Notes: generated by a model from the letters alone, not told the origin. DNA of 64,000 bases from an uncultured Verrucomicrobiota bacterium (GCA_903831085.1 CAIKWE010000003.1:23468-87467); one strand, 5' to 3'; positions 20,458-30,987 are shown, counted from the stretch's first letter. Translations and numbers: made by a program.

Positions 20458-21381
20458 TTACTGATTGCGCAGAAAATACAACGGGCGTTTTTTACTCTCT
20501 TCAAAAATACGGCTGACATATTGACCGACCAGACCGAGGCAAAGCAGCTGGATTCCCGTCAGAAAAAGAATCAGCGCCACGACCGTGGCCCAGCCTGAAG
20601 CAAACTCCTCCGGATGCAGAATCTTCCCGACGATAACCCTCAAACCCTGGATGAAACCGCTGAAGGCAATTATCACACCGAGGCCCATAACCCAGCGCAA
20701 CGGCGCGGCGGAAAATGAAGTGATGGCATCGAAGGCCAGTTTGAGCGATTTCCAGACCGGATATTTGGTGACGCCCGCCTTGCGGGCGGCACGGTCGTAA
20801 TACACGGCGCCCTGTTTGAAACCGACCCAGCAGGTCAGGCCGCGCATGAAACGGTGCAGCTCGCGCACTTCTTTGAGCGCATTGATCACCTTGCGATCCA
20901 CCAGCCGGAAGTCGCCGGCATCCATCGGTACGTTCACTTTAGCGAGCCGGTGGAAAATCCGGTAGAAGGAGGCCGCCAGAAATTTCTTAAGCCAGGTTTC
21001 GCCCTCGCGGCTTTTACGGACGGCATAGACCACTTCAAATCCTTCACGCCACTTGGCGAGCAGATCCGCAACGACCTCCGGCGGATCCTGCAGGTCGGCA
21101 TCAATAATGACTACGGCATCGGCATCGGCGTGATCCATACCGGCAGTGATGGCGATCTGGTGGCCGAAGTTGCGGGAAAGCTGCAAGACTCCAACCCTTG
21201 GATCGCTCTGCCGTGTTTTTTCCAACCATTGGAAACTCCCGTCGGTCGAGCCGTCATCCACAAAAACAAACCGGAGTTCTTCCGGCTCTTTTTCAAAAAC
21301 CGCGCTTACCCGGCGGTAGAGCTCGGGCAGATTTCCCTCTTCGTTAAGAAAAGGAACCACGATGGCCACTGTTTTTTTCAT
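20458..21381 (-). CDS. GtrB-like polyisoprenyl-phosphate glycosyltransferase (GT2, two C-terminal TM helices)
   Basis: LSRNFGHQIAITAG, IDADLQDPP, DAGDFRL, FEESKKRPLY. Confidence 0.9.
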   Translation of the reverse strand: MKKTVAIVVPFLNEEGNLPELYRRVSAVFEKEPEELRFVFVDDGSTDGSFQWLEKTRQSDPRVGVLQLSRNFGHQIAITAGMDHADADAVVIIDADLQDPPEVVADLLAKWREGFEVVYAVRKSREGETWLKKFLAASFYRIFHRLAKVNVPMDAGDFRLVDRKVINALKEVRELHRFMRGLTCWVGFKQGAVYYDRAARKAGVTKYPVWKSLKLAFDAITSFSAAPLRWVMGLGVIIAFSGFIQGLRVIVGKILHPEEFASGWATVVALILFLTGIQLLCLGLVGQYVSRIFEESKKRPLYFLRNQ

Positions 21382-21423
21382 AAGTACCGCTCCGTTCCGT
21401 ACGCTAAATCAAAACCATCCCGA

Positions 21424-23511
21424 TCAGTTACCAGCCGCTTCGATACTAACCTGGTTCACAAACAATTCTCCAGCGACATTCGCCGAACGTGGAGTCACTT
21501 GAAAGTTAAAAATATTGGTGCCGGGAGCCAGAGGAACGGAAGGGATGGTCAATACACCCGGGCCTCCCGAAATGTCTGCGCCGGAAATCAAGGTATTACC
21601 TGCCGAATCGCGAACCGTCACGCGGCATCCGGGGCTCAGCACTGTCAGCTTAATAGCCGCAGTTGCCGGATTGGTTCCCGTGTTTCCAATCAGCATCTGA
21701 CCGACCCCGGACAGACCCATCCAGTTCATATTCAGGCGCGGCGAGCCGTCGCTTTGTTTTGCATAGCGCCACTGACGCCCCCATTCGTGGCTGAACGGAC
21801 GTTTATTGCGAGCGGCAAGGGCGAATGCATCGCCGGGCTCGTTCCAGGAAACCAACACTCTCGGCATATAAATCGAGGCGGCCTGCCGTTCGCCGATGGG
21901 CAGAGTTCTAAGGCGCACCAGCCATTCCCAGGCGTTATCGACGAGCCAGATATGGCGCATGAATAATTCGTCGCGGGGTATCGGCGGCTGACCCTGTTCG
22001 GGCACAAGAATGTCGTATGGGGTGATTTCCAGCAGGTAGGCGCTGGGTTGAAGGCTGAACAGGGCGCGGGTCAGGGCGGGCACCGGATTCATAAGGAAAT
22101 CCTGCGTGGTACTATTGGCGCTGACAAACGTCGCCTGACGTCCCGGTGTCGGATAGGCGCTTGGAACACCGCGCATTTCGTAGATGCTCATGTTGGCATA
22201 TAGGCCGCCTTCCGGCACATTCCGGCTGATCCATTGCGCCATATCCTTGTAGTTGTACCCTCTGCTTTTCAGGCCAATCACCAGCAAATCATTCAGCAGC
22301 AGCCACGATACGAGAATCGCCACCAGTGCAATGCCCGCCGTTCGCCGCACCATGCCCCCATTTTTCGTTCCGGTGAATAATCCGCCAAAAAGAGCATCCG
22401 CTCCGATCCCGGCAAATGTGATCAGGATCGGAAATAAACTGCAGAAGTAGCGAACCTCGAACCGGCTATTGGTTTGAATCTGATAGGTCGCCTGAAAAGC
22501 AACATAGATGATCGCCTGGAGCAACAGGATCATGCCGGCAGTGTGTGCGATATCTTTCCGGGAGACGCGGAAAATCCGGTAGATTCCCCAGCCGACCACC
22601 AGCAGGAAGAATGCTGCGGCGACCCAGGACTCGCCCCACCCCATGCGAGACACCAACGTCAGCGCGGCGGCGGGAGTGAAATAGTAGGTTCCTGCGCCGA
22701 CATCGGTGCTCTTATATCCACTGGTCAGCAGTCGAATTAAAAATGGTGAGAACAGCAGATATGGGATCACCATCATCAACCCCAGCAAAAGAAGCCGTCC
22801 GCGTTTCCACAGCGCCGGGAGTCCGTGTCGCCAGATCAATGCCAAACCAAGAATCGGCGTCCATACCGAAAGAAATACAGTCGCCGTCAAATGGGTTTGC
22901 AGGAAGAGCGACGCAAAAAGAACGTAGCCGGCGAGCCATCGCCACGGCACCGCGTCTTTTCGCCAATCCTCCATCAGGATACGCAACGAACACCACAGCA
23001 TGCCCGTGGAGAAAAACATCAGGTAGCCATAGGCATAGGCTTCGCGTGCATAATAAATGTGAAAGGGCGAAAGCGCCGCGAGCGACATCGCAACCAGTCC
23101 GGCCCGGCGGCCGGCCAAGGCCCGTGTAAGCCAGTACATCAAAGGCATCAGCAGACAACTGATTAACGCGCTGGGCAGGCGGAGATAAAATTCGGGAGGG
23201 AAGCCTTGGCTGACGCCTATCAATTTCCCGACGTAATGAATTGGAACCATGAACAGCGGCAGAACCCGGTACCAGTGAAACCGCTGCAGTTCGGTCTGAT
23301 AAATGGAAAAAACGTCGGACTGAAAAATAGCATCGCGGATGGTGACGATTTCATCAATCTGCAACGAAGCGCGTCCCAGCCAGAAAAGCCGGAGAAGCAG
23401 CCCGATCCAAAGAATCGTCATGAAAGCGTAGTCGCGTTTACGAGTCGTCGGAGCTTTTTCCGTGTGGACGTTCTTCTTCACGAAAGCTCTCCTGAGTGCG
23501 TCCTGTACCAT
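21424..23511 (-). CDS. GT-C (PMT_2-like) membrane glycosyltransferase
   Basis: ASLQIDE first loop, SPFHIYYAREAYAY, multiple TM helices; resembles 15011-16999. Confidence 0.7.
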   Translation of the reverse strand: MVQDALRRAFVKKNVHTEKAPTTRKRDYAFMTILWIGLLLRLFWLGRASLQIDEIVTIRDAIFQSDVFSIYQTELQRFHWYRVLPLFMVPIHYVGKLIGVSQGFPPEFYLRLPSALISCLLMPLMYWLTRALAGRRAGLVAMSLAALSPFHIYYAREAYAYGYLMFFSTGMLWCSLRILMEDWRKDAVPWRWLAGYVLFASLFLQTHLTATVFLSVWTPILGLALIWRHGLPALWKRGRLLLLGLMMVIPYLLFSPFLIRLLTSGYKSTDVGAGTYYFTPAAALTLVSRMGWGESWVAAAFFLLVVGWGIYRIFRVSRKDIAHTAGMILLLQAIIYVAFQATYQIQTNSRFEVRYFCSLFPILITFAGIGADALFGGLFTGTKNGGMVRRTAGIALVAILVSWLLLNDLLVIGLKSRGYNYKDMAQWISRNVPEGGLYANMSIYEMRGVPSAYPTPGRQATFVSANSTTQDFLMNPVPALTRALFSLQPSAYLLEITPYDILVPEQGQPPIPRDELFMRHIWLVDNAWEWLVRLRTLPIGERQAASIYMPRVLVSWNEPGDAFALAARNKRPFSHEWGRQWRYAKQSDGSPRLNMNWMGLSGVGQMLIGNTGTNPATAAIKLTVLSPGCRVTVRDSAGNTLISGADISGGPGVLTIPSVPLAPGTNIFNFQVTPRSANVAGELFVNQVSIEAAGN

Positions 23512-24455
23512 TCATATGTTCGAGCCAGCCCTTCGCGGAGCCCCACGGTGTTTTCCCAGTCCAGCAACTGCTTTTCGCGGGTCGGCACATAAATTTTATC
23601 CACCCGCTCATCGCATTTTTCGTGCAGGATACGGGGAACTAAGTCGTTCCAGCCTGAGATTTCAACAAGCTGACGGACGATATCCAGAACCGAACTGTTG
23701 ATCCCGGTGGAAAGCCGGAATATCTGCCCGCGAACATCCGTACGGTGCAATCGTTCAGCGATCGCACAATAGGCATTTACCGCATCTTCGATATACACAT
23801 AAGCCCGAGCGAGCTGCCCGTCGCCGCGGATGACCGGCACTTTTTCCTGCAACAAAGATCGTATGGTGCCGGGGATTAATCGCTGCCAATTGAGATCGCC
23901 GCCGCCGTAGAGATTGTCGGAGCGAACACAGGATGTCAGCAGACCGAATGTGTCATTGTAAGCTCTGGCCATCAACTCAGCGGAAGCCTTTGAAACCATG
24001 TACGGATGATGTGGCCGGACAGACTGTTCAGAGAAACACTCCTCCGCTTCCCGACTCGATGCGATTATGATACGGGCCTTTGGCGATGCCGCGCGACAGG
24101 CTTCCAGCACAGTATAAACACCGCGAATGTTTGCCTCCCACAATGCGTACGGCGGTTGGGTTCCTGTGTTGGAATTGATCGCGGCCAGATGAAAAACGGT
24201 ATTGATTCCGGAATCACCGCACAGGCCAGTCAGCAAAGATAAATCTGTTATGTCGCCGCGAACGATGGTTGCTCCGGCCGCCATCAGGTTTTTTACATCG
24301 CATTCCTGATTGCCGGACCATACCAAGGCATACACGGAGGCCCCGCGCGCCAGCAGGCTGCGCGTCATGGCCCCGCCTAAAAATCCGTCCGCACCGGTAA
24401 TCAGCACCCGCTGATCCGGCCAATGAAGTTTGGACGATTTTTCAGCGGCGTTCAT
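23478..24455 (-). CDS. NAD-dependent sugar epimerase/4-ketoreductase
   Basis: VLITGADGFLG, FHLAA, YMVSK (YxxxK), NLYGGGD. Confidence 0.8.
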   Translation of the reverse strand: MNAAEKSSKLHWPDQRVLITGADGFLGGAMTRSLLARGASVYALVWSGNQECDVKNLMAAGATIVRGDITDLSLLTGLCGDSGINTVFHLAAINSNTGTQPPYALWEANIRGVYTVLEACRAASPKARIIIASSREAEECFSEQSVRPHHPYMVSKASAELMARAYNDTFGLLTSCVRSDNLYGGGDLNWQRLIPGTIRSLLQEKVPVIRGDGQLARAYVYIEDAVNAYCAIAERLHRTDVRGQIFRLSTGINSSVLDIVRQLVEISGWNDLVPRILHEKCDERVDKIYVPTREKQLLDWENTVGLREGLARTYEWYRTHSGELS

Positions 24456-24458
24456 AAA

Positions 24459-25769
24459 TCAGAGCGAATAGGACTGATCTCCGAAATCGTTGTCCAGATA
24501 ACGTTCGTAGTTGTTGATGTCCACCAGGTGCAGACGCGGCAGCGAGAAAATCAAGGTGCCGCCGCGCCGGAGGAAATCCATTTCATCCCGGATGACTTCA
24601 CTGCGGAAGTGCCAGATAAAAACAAACAGGTACTCCGGTTTGAGAGCGCGCAATTTCTCGTGGGAGATAATCGGAATGCGTGCTCCCGGCGTCACGAGCC
24701 CGTCTTTTTCCGGGTTACGGTCGCCAATGGCAACGATGTCGCCGGGCCCGAGATCGCAATAGTTTATAACCACGTTCCCCTTGGTCGAAGCGCCATAGCC
24801 ATACACCTTTTTCCCTGCGGCGCGCATAATTTTGAAAAAGTTTTTGACATCATCGCGGTGGGCGAGCATCCGGTTGCGCAGACGCTGATAGGGCGGCGGG
24901 AAGTCCAGCTCAGCCTCAGAAGCAAGAAGGCTGTCGAGGTGTCTCTGCTCCGGAACATAGGGGCCGTCCGCGCGTCCGACATAAAGGTAGAAACTTCCGC
25001 CGTTCATATCGTTAAATGACACGTTCAGTATTTTAAGACCCTCCTTCCGCATCATCCAATCCATCTGGCGAAGGCCGTAATAGGTGACATGCTCGTGGCA
25101 GATCTGATCATAGGAAAGCTGCTTCAAAAAGAGCGGCATGTATGCCAGCTCCAGAGCCCACACCCCGTCAACGGCGAGCAAAGCACGGATTTGACGGATA
25201 AACGACAGCGGATCGTCGAGGTCGTAGAACATCGCGATCGACGTGATGATCTTGCAGTTCTTGCTGCCGATCATGGAACGCGTTCCCTTCTCCGAAAAGA
25301 AATCATATACGACATTGATGTCAGGCTGGTAGTTGTGGCGGAATTTTTCTGCGGAAGGATCCATTCCGATGCGGGTAAATCCGGCTTCGCTGCCGTAAGC
25401 GTTCAGCAGAGTTCCATCATTGCTGCCGATATCGAGGAGGACATCGCCGCGGCGGGGCTTGGCATACGCAACGAGATCGCGCACCTTGCCGGTCAGGTGG
25501 GCCGTCATGGTCGGACTGATGGACGAAAAATATCCGTAGGTGCTTCCGTACATTTCTCTAAGGTCCGCCGTGTCGCGGAGCTGAACCAACCCGCATGCGC
25601 CCGGTTTTGCGCTGATGTCACAGCGGATTAAATCCAGCGGGGAAGACGACGGATCAGGCTCCGATGGCTTCGGGAACACGCCGCTAAGGGGCTGCGTTCC
25701 CATGTCGACGACCGGGACGAGGTGGGGGTTGCCGCAAATGCGACATTGGTTCCATATTTTAGATGCCAT
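24459..25769 (-). CDS. NDP-hexose C-methyltransferase (TcaB9/KijD1 type)
   Basis: N-terminal CRICG and C..CGLVQL zinc ligands, LDIGSNDG, ICHEH..YY, YGASTKGN. Confidence 0.85.
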   Translation of the reverse strand: MASKIWNQCRICGNPHLVPVVDMGTQPLSGVFPKPSEPDPSSSPLDLIRCDISAKPGACGLVQLRDTADLREMYGSTYGYFSSISPTMTAHLTGKVRDLVAYAKPRRGDVLLDIGSNDGTLLNAYGSEAGFTRIGMDPSAEKFRHNYQPDINVVYDFFSEKGTRSMIGSKNCKIITSIAMFYDLDDPLSFIRQIRALLAVDGVWALELAYMPLFLKQLSYDQICHEHVTYYGLRQMDWMMRKEGLKILNVSFNDMNGGSFYLYVGRADGPYVPEQRHLDSLLASEAELDFPPPYQRLRNRMLAHRDDVKNFFKIMRAAGKKVYGYGASTKGNVVINYCDLGPGDIVAIGDRNPEKDGLVTPGARIPIISHEKLRALKPEYLFVFIWHFRSEVIRDEMDFLRRGGTLIFSLPRLHLVDINNYERYLDNDFGDQSYSL

Positions 25770-25773
25770 TTTG

Positions 25774-26784
25774 TCAGTTCCTTATTTCGTTGGGACACGG
25801 AGGAAGCCGACCGGCATCGACTCCGTGACTTTGGTCAATCACATACAAAGGCCTGTTTTGCACTTCGCGATAAACCCGGCCAAGATACTCGGCGACAACG
25901 CCGATGGAAATCAATTGGAAACCGCCCAGAAACAGAATGGCGGTCATCATACTGGCATAGCCCAGCACGTCTTTTCCAAACACCATGGTCCGAATGACGA
26001 GAGCGAGGGCTGCCAATATTGCCAGCATCGATATCCCCAAGCCGATGTAGGACCAGATGCGCAAGGGGCGGTTGGTGGTGGACAGGATAGCGTCTACGGC
26101 GTAATTCCAAAGGAAACCCCAGTTCGATTTGGATTTGCCTTTGATCCGTTCGGGGCGGTCGAACATGATGGCGGTGCTCTTGAATCCCGCCCACGCCGTC
26201 AGACTGCGGAGGAACCGTGATTTTTCCCGGATATGCCGGATCACTTCTACGATTTTGGCGTCAATCAGCCGGAAGTCCCCGGTGCGCTGCGGAATGCTGT
26301 TCTCGCTGACAACGTTGAACACCTTATAGAACAACGTGTTCAGGAATGTTTTGAATCCGCTGTCGATGCCGGAGCGGCAGCGGGTAGCGTACACCATATC
26401 GTAGCCTTCACGCCATTTGGCGACAAAATCCGCCATCATCGCCGGCGGATCCTGAAGATCCGGATCCATAAGAATCACGGCATCGCCTTTGGCATAATCA
26501 AGGCCTGCGGTAAGAGCCATCTCCTTGCCGAAATAACGGGAGAAACGAATGACTTTAATTTCCGGATGCCGCTGGCGCCACAACAGCAATTGTCCATACG
26601 TGTTGTCGGTGCTGGCATTATCCACACAGATCACCTCGAACGGCATGTTCAGTTTTTCCAGGTGAAGCATTAATTCCTCGAAAAACAGGTCGAGAATTTC
26701 GGTCTCGTTTAAAAACGGAACGATCACCGAAAGCAATTTATCCCCGGATGGATTGTTCATAGTTTGGTTAACTGTTTCAGTCAT
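25774..26784 (-). CDS. GtrB-like polyisoprenyl-phosphate glycosyltransferase
   Basis: FSRYFGKEMALTAG, MDPDLQDPP, TGDFRL, YREVQNRPLY, two C-terminal TM helices. Confidence 0.9.
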   Translation of the reverse strand: MTETVNQTMNNPSGDKLLSVIVPFLNETEILDLFFEELMLHLEKLNMPFEVICVDNASTDNTYGQLLLWRQRHPEIKVIRFSRYFGKEMALTAGLDYAKGDAVILMDPDLQDPPAMMADFVAKWREGYDMVYATRCRSGIDSGFKTFLNTLFYKVFNVVSENSIPQRTGDFRLIDAKIVEVIRHIREKSRFLRSLTAWAGFKSTAIMFDRPERIKGKSKSNWGFLWNYAVDAILSTTNRPLRIWSYIGLGISMLAILAALALVIRTMVFGKDVLGYASMMTAILFLGGFQLISIGVVAEYLGRVYREVQNRPLYVIDQSHGVDAGRLPPCPNEIRN

Positions 26785-26815
26785 TATCCGATTACTCCTG
26801 CCACTGCGCCCCTGC

Positions 26816-27589
26816 TCACGCCCACATTTTCCATGGGGCTTTGCCGCCGTCCCACAAATCCTGAAGAGTCGTTTTGTCGCGGAGCGTGTCGACCGGCTGC
26901 CAGAAGCCCTCGTGAAGATAAGTGGAAAGCTGCCCCTCAGATGTAAGCCGATTCAACGGTTCGCGTTCCCATACGGTTTGGTCGCCATCGATATAGTCCA
27001 GCACTTTGGGCGAGCAAACAAAAAATCCGCCATTAACCCAAGCGCGGTCACCGGCGGGCTTTTCCTCAAAATCCAATGCCTTGTTGTTGGCAATTCGCAA
27101 GGCACCAAAACGGCCAGGCGGACGAGTGGCCGTCAGAGTGGCCAGAGTCTTCTGCTTACGGTGAAACTCCAGAAGTTTCTTGATGTCCACATCGCCGACG
27201 CCGTCTCCGTAGGTAAGACAAAAATCTTCGCCTTCCACTAAGTACGGCTTAATTCTTTTGATTCGCCCGCCCGTCATGGTGTTTTCTCCGGTATCGACCA
27301 GCGTCACTGTCCACGGATCCGAGTAATTGTGGTGCACCTTGATCTCGTTATTGGCCAGATTGATGGTTACATCGGACATGTGCAGAAAATAGTTGGCGAA
27401 GAATTCCTTGATCATGTAGCCCTTGTGCCCGAGGCAGATGACAAAATCCGTAAGACCGAACGCGGAATAGATCTTCATCACGTGCCACAGAAGCGGCCGT
27501 CCGCCGACTTCGATCAGCGGCTTGGGCTTGATAGCCGTTTCCTCGCTGATCCGCGTGCCCAATCCACCTGCTAAAATCACCACTTTCAT
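26816..27589 (-). CDS. rfbF: Glucose-1-phosphate cytidylyltransferase
   Basis: ILAGGLGTRISEET..PKP, TMTGGRIKR, LTYGDG, GFWQPVDTLRDK. Confidence 0.95.
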   Translation of the reverse strand: MKVVILAGGLGTRISEETAIKPKPLIEVGGRPLLWHVMKIYSAFGLTDFVICLGHKGYMIKEFFANYFLHMSDVTINLANNEIKVHHNYSDPWTVTLVDTGENTMTGGRIKRIKPYLVEGEDFCLTYGDGVGDVDIKKLLEFHRKQKTLATLTATRPPGRFGALRIANNKALDFEEKPAGDRAWVNGGFFVCSPKVLDYIDGDQTVWEREPLNRLTSEGQLSTYLHEGFWQPVDTLRDKTTLQDLWDGGKAPWKMWA

Positions 27590-27778
27590 AACGTTTCGAC
27601 CTCAGAGCTCATATCTTACACCATCAGCAACCCACCGTGCGCCGGACGTATGTTCTACCCGATCTGTCCCTGTACTGCAAGAAACCCGTTTAAAAGAGAT
27701 GGCTCCTGTGGTTACTTTACTTGACTCCGGAAATCTTACGGCACCCCCCGCTGACTGTCCTGCGGAGGGAAGGTTGGG

Positions 27779-28354
27779 TTATATTCCGGGAAAGAGTTCG
27801 TTTTCCACCTGTTCACAGATGCAGTGATAGACTACCACTCCCACTTCTTGAATATGTGGCGTAAAGTTGGAGGGTATTTCGATCAGCACATCGGCCAGTT
27901 TCGCCAATGCACCTCCGCCGCAACCGGTCATGGCGATGGTTTTAACGCCCATAGTCTTCGCGGCTTTAAAGGCTTCCACTACGTTTTTGGAGTTGCCAGA
28001 CGTTGAGAAGCCGAAAGCAATATCGCCGAACGCTGCGTTAGCCTGCAATTGTCTGGAAAAAATCTGTTCATAGCCATAATCGTTGGCCAGGCAGGTTACC
28101 GTGGAGGCGTTGCAGACCAGCGCCTGAGCCTTGAGGGGCTTCCGCTCTTTAAGATAACGCCCATTCAGTTCGCCAGCCATGTGCTGCGCATCGGCCGCCG
28201 AGCCGCCGTTGCCAAAAAGGAACAGCCCGTGTTCTTCACGGTAGGCCGCAACAATCATACTGGCAGCACAGCTGATGGAACTCGCACTTTGCTCCAATGT
28301 CTTGCGCAAAAGCTGTTCGACTTCCTGAAAGCGTTTGGTAAGCAGTTCTTTCAT
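27779..28354 (-). CDS. gmhA: D-sedoheptulose-7-phosphate isomerase
   Basis: GNGGSAADAQH, NDYGYEQIFSRQ, STSGNS, IQE. Confidence 0.93.
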   Translation of the reverse strand: MKELLTKRFQEVEQLLRKTLEQSASSISCAASMIVAAYREEHGLFLFGNGGSAADAQHMAGELNGRYLKERKPLKAQALVCNASTVTCLANDYGYEQIFSRQLQANAAFGDIAFGFSTSGNSKNVVEAFKAAKTMGVKTIAMTGCGGGALAKLADVLIEIPSNFTPHIQEVGVVVYHCICEQVENELFPGI

Positions 28355-28386
28355 TACATACTCCTGTTCAACAGTTCATTACCTGC

Positions 28387-28902
28387 TCAAACCGGCAGAT
28401 CCAGCACCTCAATCAGTTCGGAAATCCGGCGCGTACATCGCGTTGACTCTGCCCCGCCTAACATTATCCGGTTCGGGATACCGGCAGTTTCGGCGGCGGC
28501 CATATCGGTATCCTTGTCACCAAGCATCCATGAATGCAACGGATCAATATCATATTCTCTAATGGCCTGCAGAAACATCCCCGGTGCGGGTTTCCGGCAG
28601 GAACATCTCTCCTCCGGAGCGTGCGGACAGCTGTATACAGCCGCAATTTCAACATCCTGCTCTGCAAACTTCTGTATCATCCATTCATTGAGCTTTCTGA
28701 AGTCCTCTTTGGTGTAATATCCCCGTCCAATCCCTGACTGGTTAGTCACCACGACCAGTTTATACCCCTTCTCCGCTAACTGTCTTAAGACCGGAAAAAC
28801 CGACTTGATGAACTCAAAATCCTCAATGCGGAATACATATCCGTGATCCACATTGATCACCCCGTCACGATCCAGAAAAAAAGCTTTTTGCCCGCCACTC
28901 AT
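28387..28902 (-). CDS. gmhB: D,D-heptose 1,7-bisphosphate phosphatase (HAD)
   Basis: Start reassigned to ATG 28902; FLDRDGVIN, VTNQSGIGRG, CPH..CSCRKP, GDKDTD. Confidence 0.92.
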   Translation of the reverse strand: MSGGQKAFFLDRDGVINVDHGYVFRIEDFEFIKSVFPVLRQLAEKGYKLVVVTNQSGIGRGYYTKEDFRKLNEWMIQKFAEQDVEIAAVYSCPHAPEERCSCRKPAPGMFLQAIREYDIDPLHSWMLGDKDTDMAAAETAGIPNRIMLGGAESTRCTRRISELIEVLDLPV

Positions 28903-29099
28903 ATATCTCTTCGTTCCCACATATCCTCGGCCCGACAGGTGAGCAGGCAAGGTATCAGACTGAAAAACCGATTCAAGTGCAATACACCGATTCACAGCCG
29001 GAAGCCACGGTTCAAAAAGGTAACACGAATTTTTAATTTCCGTAATCCGGGGTTCTCCGGTATGTTTAACGGGATTTTTTACGAAAGGATCTCCTGGAT

Positions 29100-30032
29100 A
29101 TGAATATTCTTATTACCGGCGGAGCCGGTTACATTGGTTCCATACTGACCCCACGCCTGCTGTCCCTGGGACACAAGGTTACCGTGATCGACAACTTCAT
29201 GTACGGGCAGACGTCTCTGCTCGATTGCTGCCATAACCCCGATCTGACCATCGTCCGTGGCGACATCCGTCATCCGGATTTTGTTAAAAAGCATCTGGCT
29301 AAAGCGGATGTCATCATTCCGCTGGCCTGTCTGGTTGGTGCTCCGGTCTGCAATCAGAAACCCATTGAGGCGCGCACCATCAATCTGGATGCCATTAAAA
29401 TGCTGGCCGACCTGAGCGGTAAGGGACAGATTCTTCTCTCCCCCACCACCAACAGCGGCTACGGCATCGGCGAAGAAGGCCTGTTCTGCACTGAGGAAAC
29501 GCCGCTCCGCCCCGTTTCGCTCTATGGCACGCTCAAAGTGGAACTGGAGGAATATCTGCTGGCCACCGGCCGCGCCGTTTCGCTCCGCCTTGCGACGGTC
29601 TGCGGCATCAGCCCGCGTATGCGCCTCGATCTGCTGGTCAACGACTTCACCTACCGCGCCGTGACCGACCGTTTCGTCATCCTGTTCGAAGCGCACTTCA
29701 AGAGGAACTACATCCATGTGCAGGATGTCGCCTCCGCCTTCATTCATGCGATAAAGAACTTCGATGCGATGAAAAATCAGGCCTACAACGTCGGCCTGAG
29801 CGAAGCCAATCTCTCGAAGATGGAGCTCTGTCTTGAAATTAAGAAGTTGGTTCCTGACTTCTGTATCATGGAATCGGAAATCGGCAAAGACCCCGACCAG
29901 CGCAACTACATCGTCAGCAACGATAAGATTGAAAAAACCGGCTTCAAGCCGCAGGTTTCAATCCAGCAGGCGATCAGCGAGTTGATCAAAGGCTATCAGG
30001 TGATCCGCCGCCACGACTTCACCAATCTCTAA
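29100..30032 (+). CDS. SDR dehydrogenase resembling Campylobacter Cj1427 (GDP-D-glycero-D-manno-heptose 4-dehydrogenase)
   Basis: GGAGYIGS, IIPLACLVGAP, TNSGYGIG, PRMRLDLLVNDF, RNYIHV, DPDQRNY motifs, which I recall from Cj1427; needs alignment. Confidence 0.75.
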   Translation: MNILITGGAGYIGSILTPRLLSLGHKVTVIDNFMYGQTSLLDCCHNPDLTIVRGDIRHPDFVKKHLAKADVIIPLACLVGAPVCNQKPIEARTINLDAIKMLADLSGKGQILLSPTTNSGYGIGEEGLFCTEETPLRPVSLYGTLKVELEEYLLATGRAVSLRLATVCGISPRMRLDLLVNDFTYRAVTDRFVILFEAHFKRNYIHVQDVASAFIHAIKNFDAMKNQAYNVGLSEANLSKMELCLEIKKLVPDFCIMESEIGKDPDQRNYIVSNDKIEKTGFKPQVSIQQAISELIKGYQVIRRHDFTNL

Positions 30033-30042
30033 CGGAGCAGAC

Positions 30043-30987
30043 ATGTTCAAGAGGATCCTCGTCACCGGCAGCACTGGCTTTCTCGGGCATCATTTCATGC
30101 CGCGACTGAAAGAAGCCTTTCCGAATGCCGAACTGATTGGACTTGGCCGCCGCGACTACGATCTACTCGAACCCGACGCGCCCTCTGCCATGCTGAAAAA
30201 GATCAAGCCCGACTGTGTCGTCCACATGGCCGCGAAGTCCGGCGGCATCATCACCAATAAAAAGAGGCCGGCCGATTTCTTCTATGAAAACCTGACGATG
30301 AACACCCACACGCTCCACGAATCGTGGAAGGCGGGTGTCAAAAAGTTCATCACCTTCATGGGAGGATGCTCCTATCCGTCAAACGCCCAATCGCCGATCG
30401 GCGAAGACCAGATGTGGAACGGCTACCCGCAGATTGAAAGCGCCGGTTACTCCGTCGCCAAGAAAATGCTCATCACCCAGTCGTGGGCCTATCGAGTTCA
30501 GCATAACTTCAACTCGATCGTGCTGATCCCCGGCAATGTTTACGGCGAATGGGATAATTTCAACCTCGAAGAGTCCCACGTTATTCCTGCACTGATTCGC
30601 AAATACATCGAGGCACAGGAGCGCAGCGACAAGACCATCACCGCTTTCGGCACCGGCCGCCCCACCCGCGATTTTGTCTACGCCGGCGACGTCGCCGCCA
30701 CCGTGCCGTGGTTCATCAAGAACTACAACTCCAGCGAGCCGGTCAACATTTCCGCTGGACGGCGCATCTCCATCCGCGAGCTGGCCGAAACCGTCAAAAA
30801 AGCCACTGGCTTTACTGGAGAAATCGTCTGGGACGCCACCAAGCCCGATGGTCAAATGGATAAAATTTTCTCTGTGTCGCGACTGAATGAGCTCGGTCTC
30901 TCCTGCAACACCACGCTCGAAGAAGGCCTGCGCCGCACCGCGCAATGGTTTCTCAAAGCCCGCAAAGAAGGAACTGTGCGCCTGTAG
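30043..30987 (+). CDS. GDP-L-fucose synthase-like epimerase/reductase
   Basis: HMAAKSGG, CSYP, GYSVAKK, PGNVYGEWDNF, HVIPALI, DGQ. Confidence 0.85.
   Translation: MFKRILVTGSTGFLGHHFMPRLKEAFPNAELIGLGRRDYDLLEPDAPSAMLKKIKPDCVVHMAAKSGGIITNKKRPADFFYENLTMNTHTLHESWKAGVKKFITFMGGCSYPSNAQSPIGEDQMWNGYPQIESAGYSVAKKMLITQSWAYRVQHNFNSIVLIPGNVYGEWDNFNLEESHVIPALIRKYIEAQERSDKTITAFGTGRPTRDFVYAGDVAATVPWFIKNYNSSEPVNISAGRRISIRELAETVKKATGFTGEIVWDATKPDGQMDKIFSVSRLNELGLSCNTTLEEGLRRTAQWFLKARKEGTVRL

Noticed and set aside
27590-29099. ops/JUMPstart element before the glycan operons
   Set aside because: No GGCGGTAG-type motif found in the intergenic regions examined.
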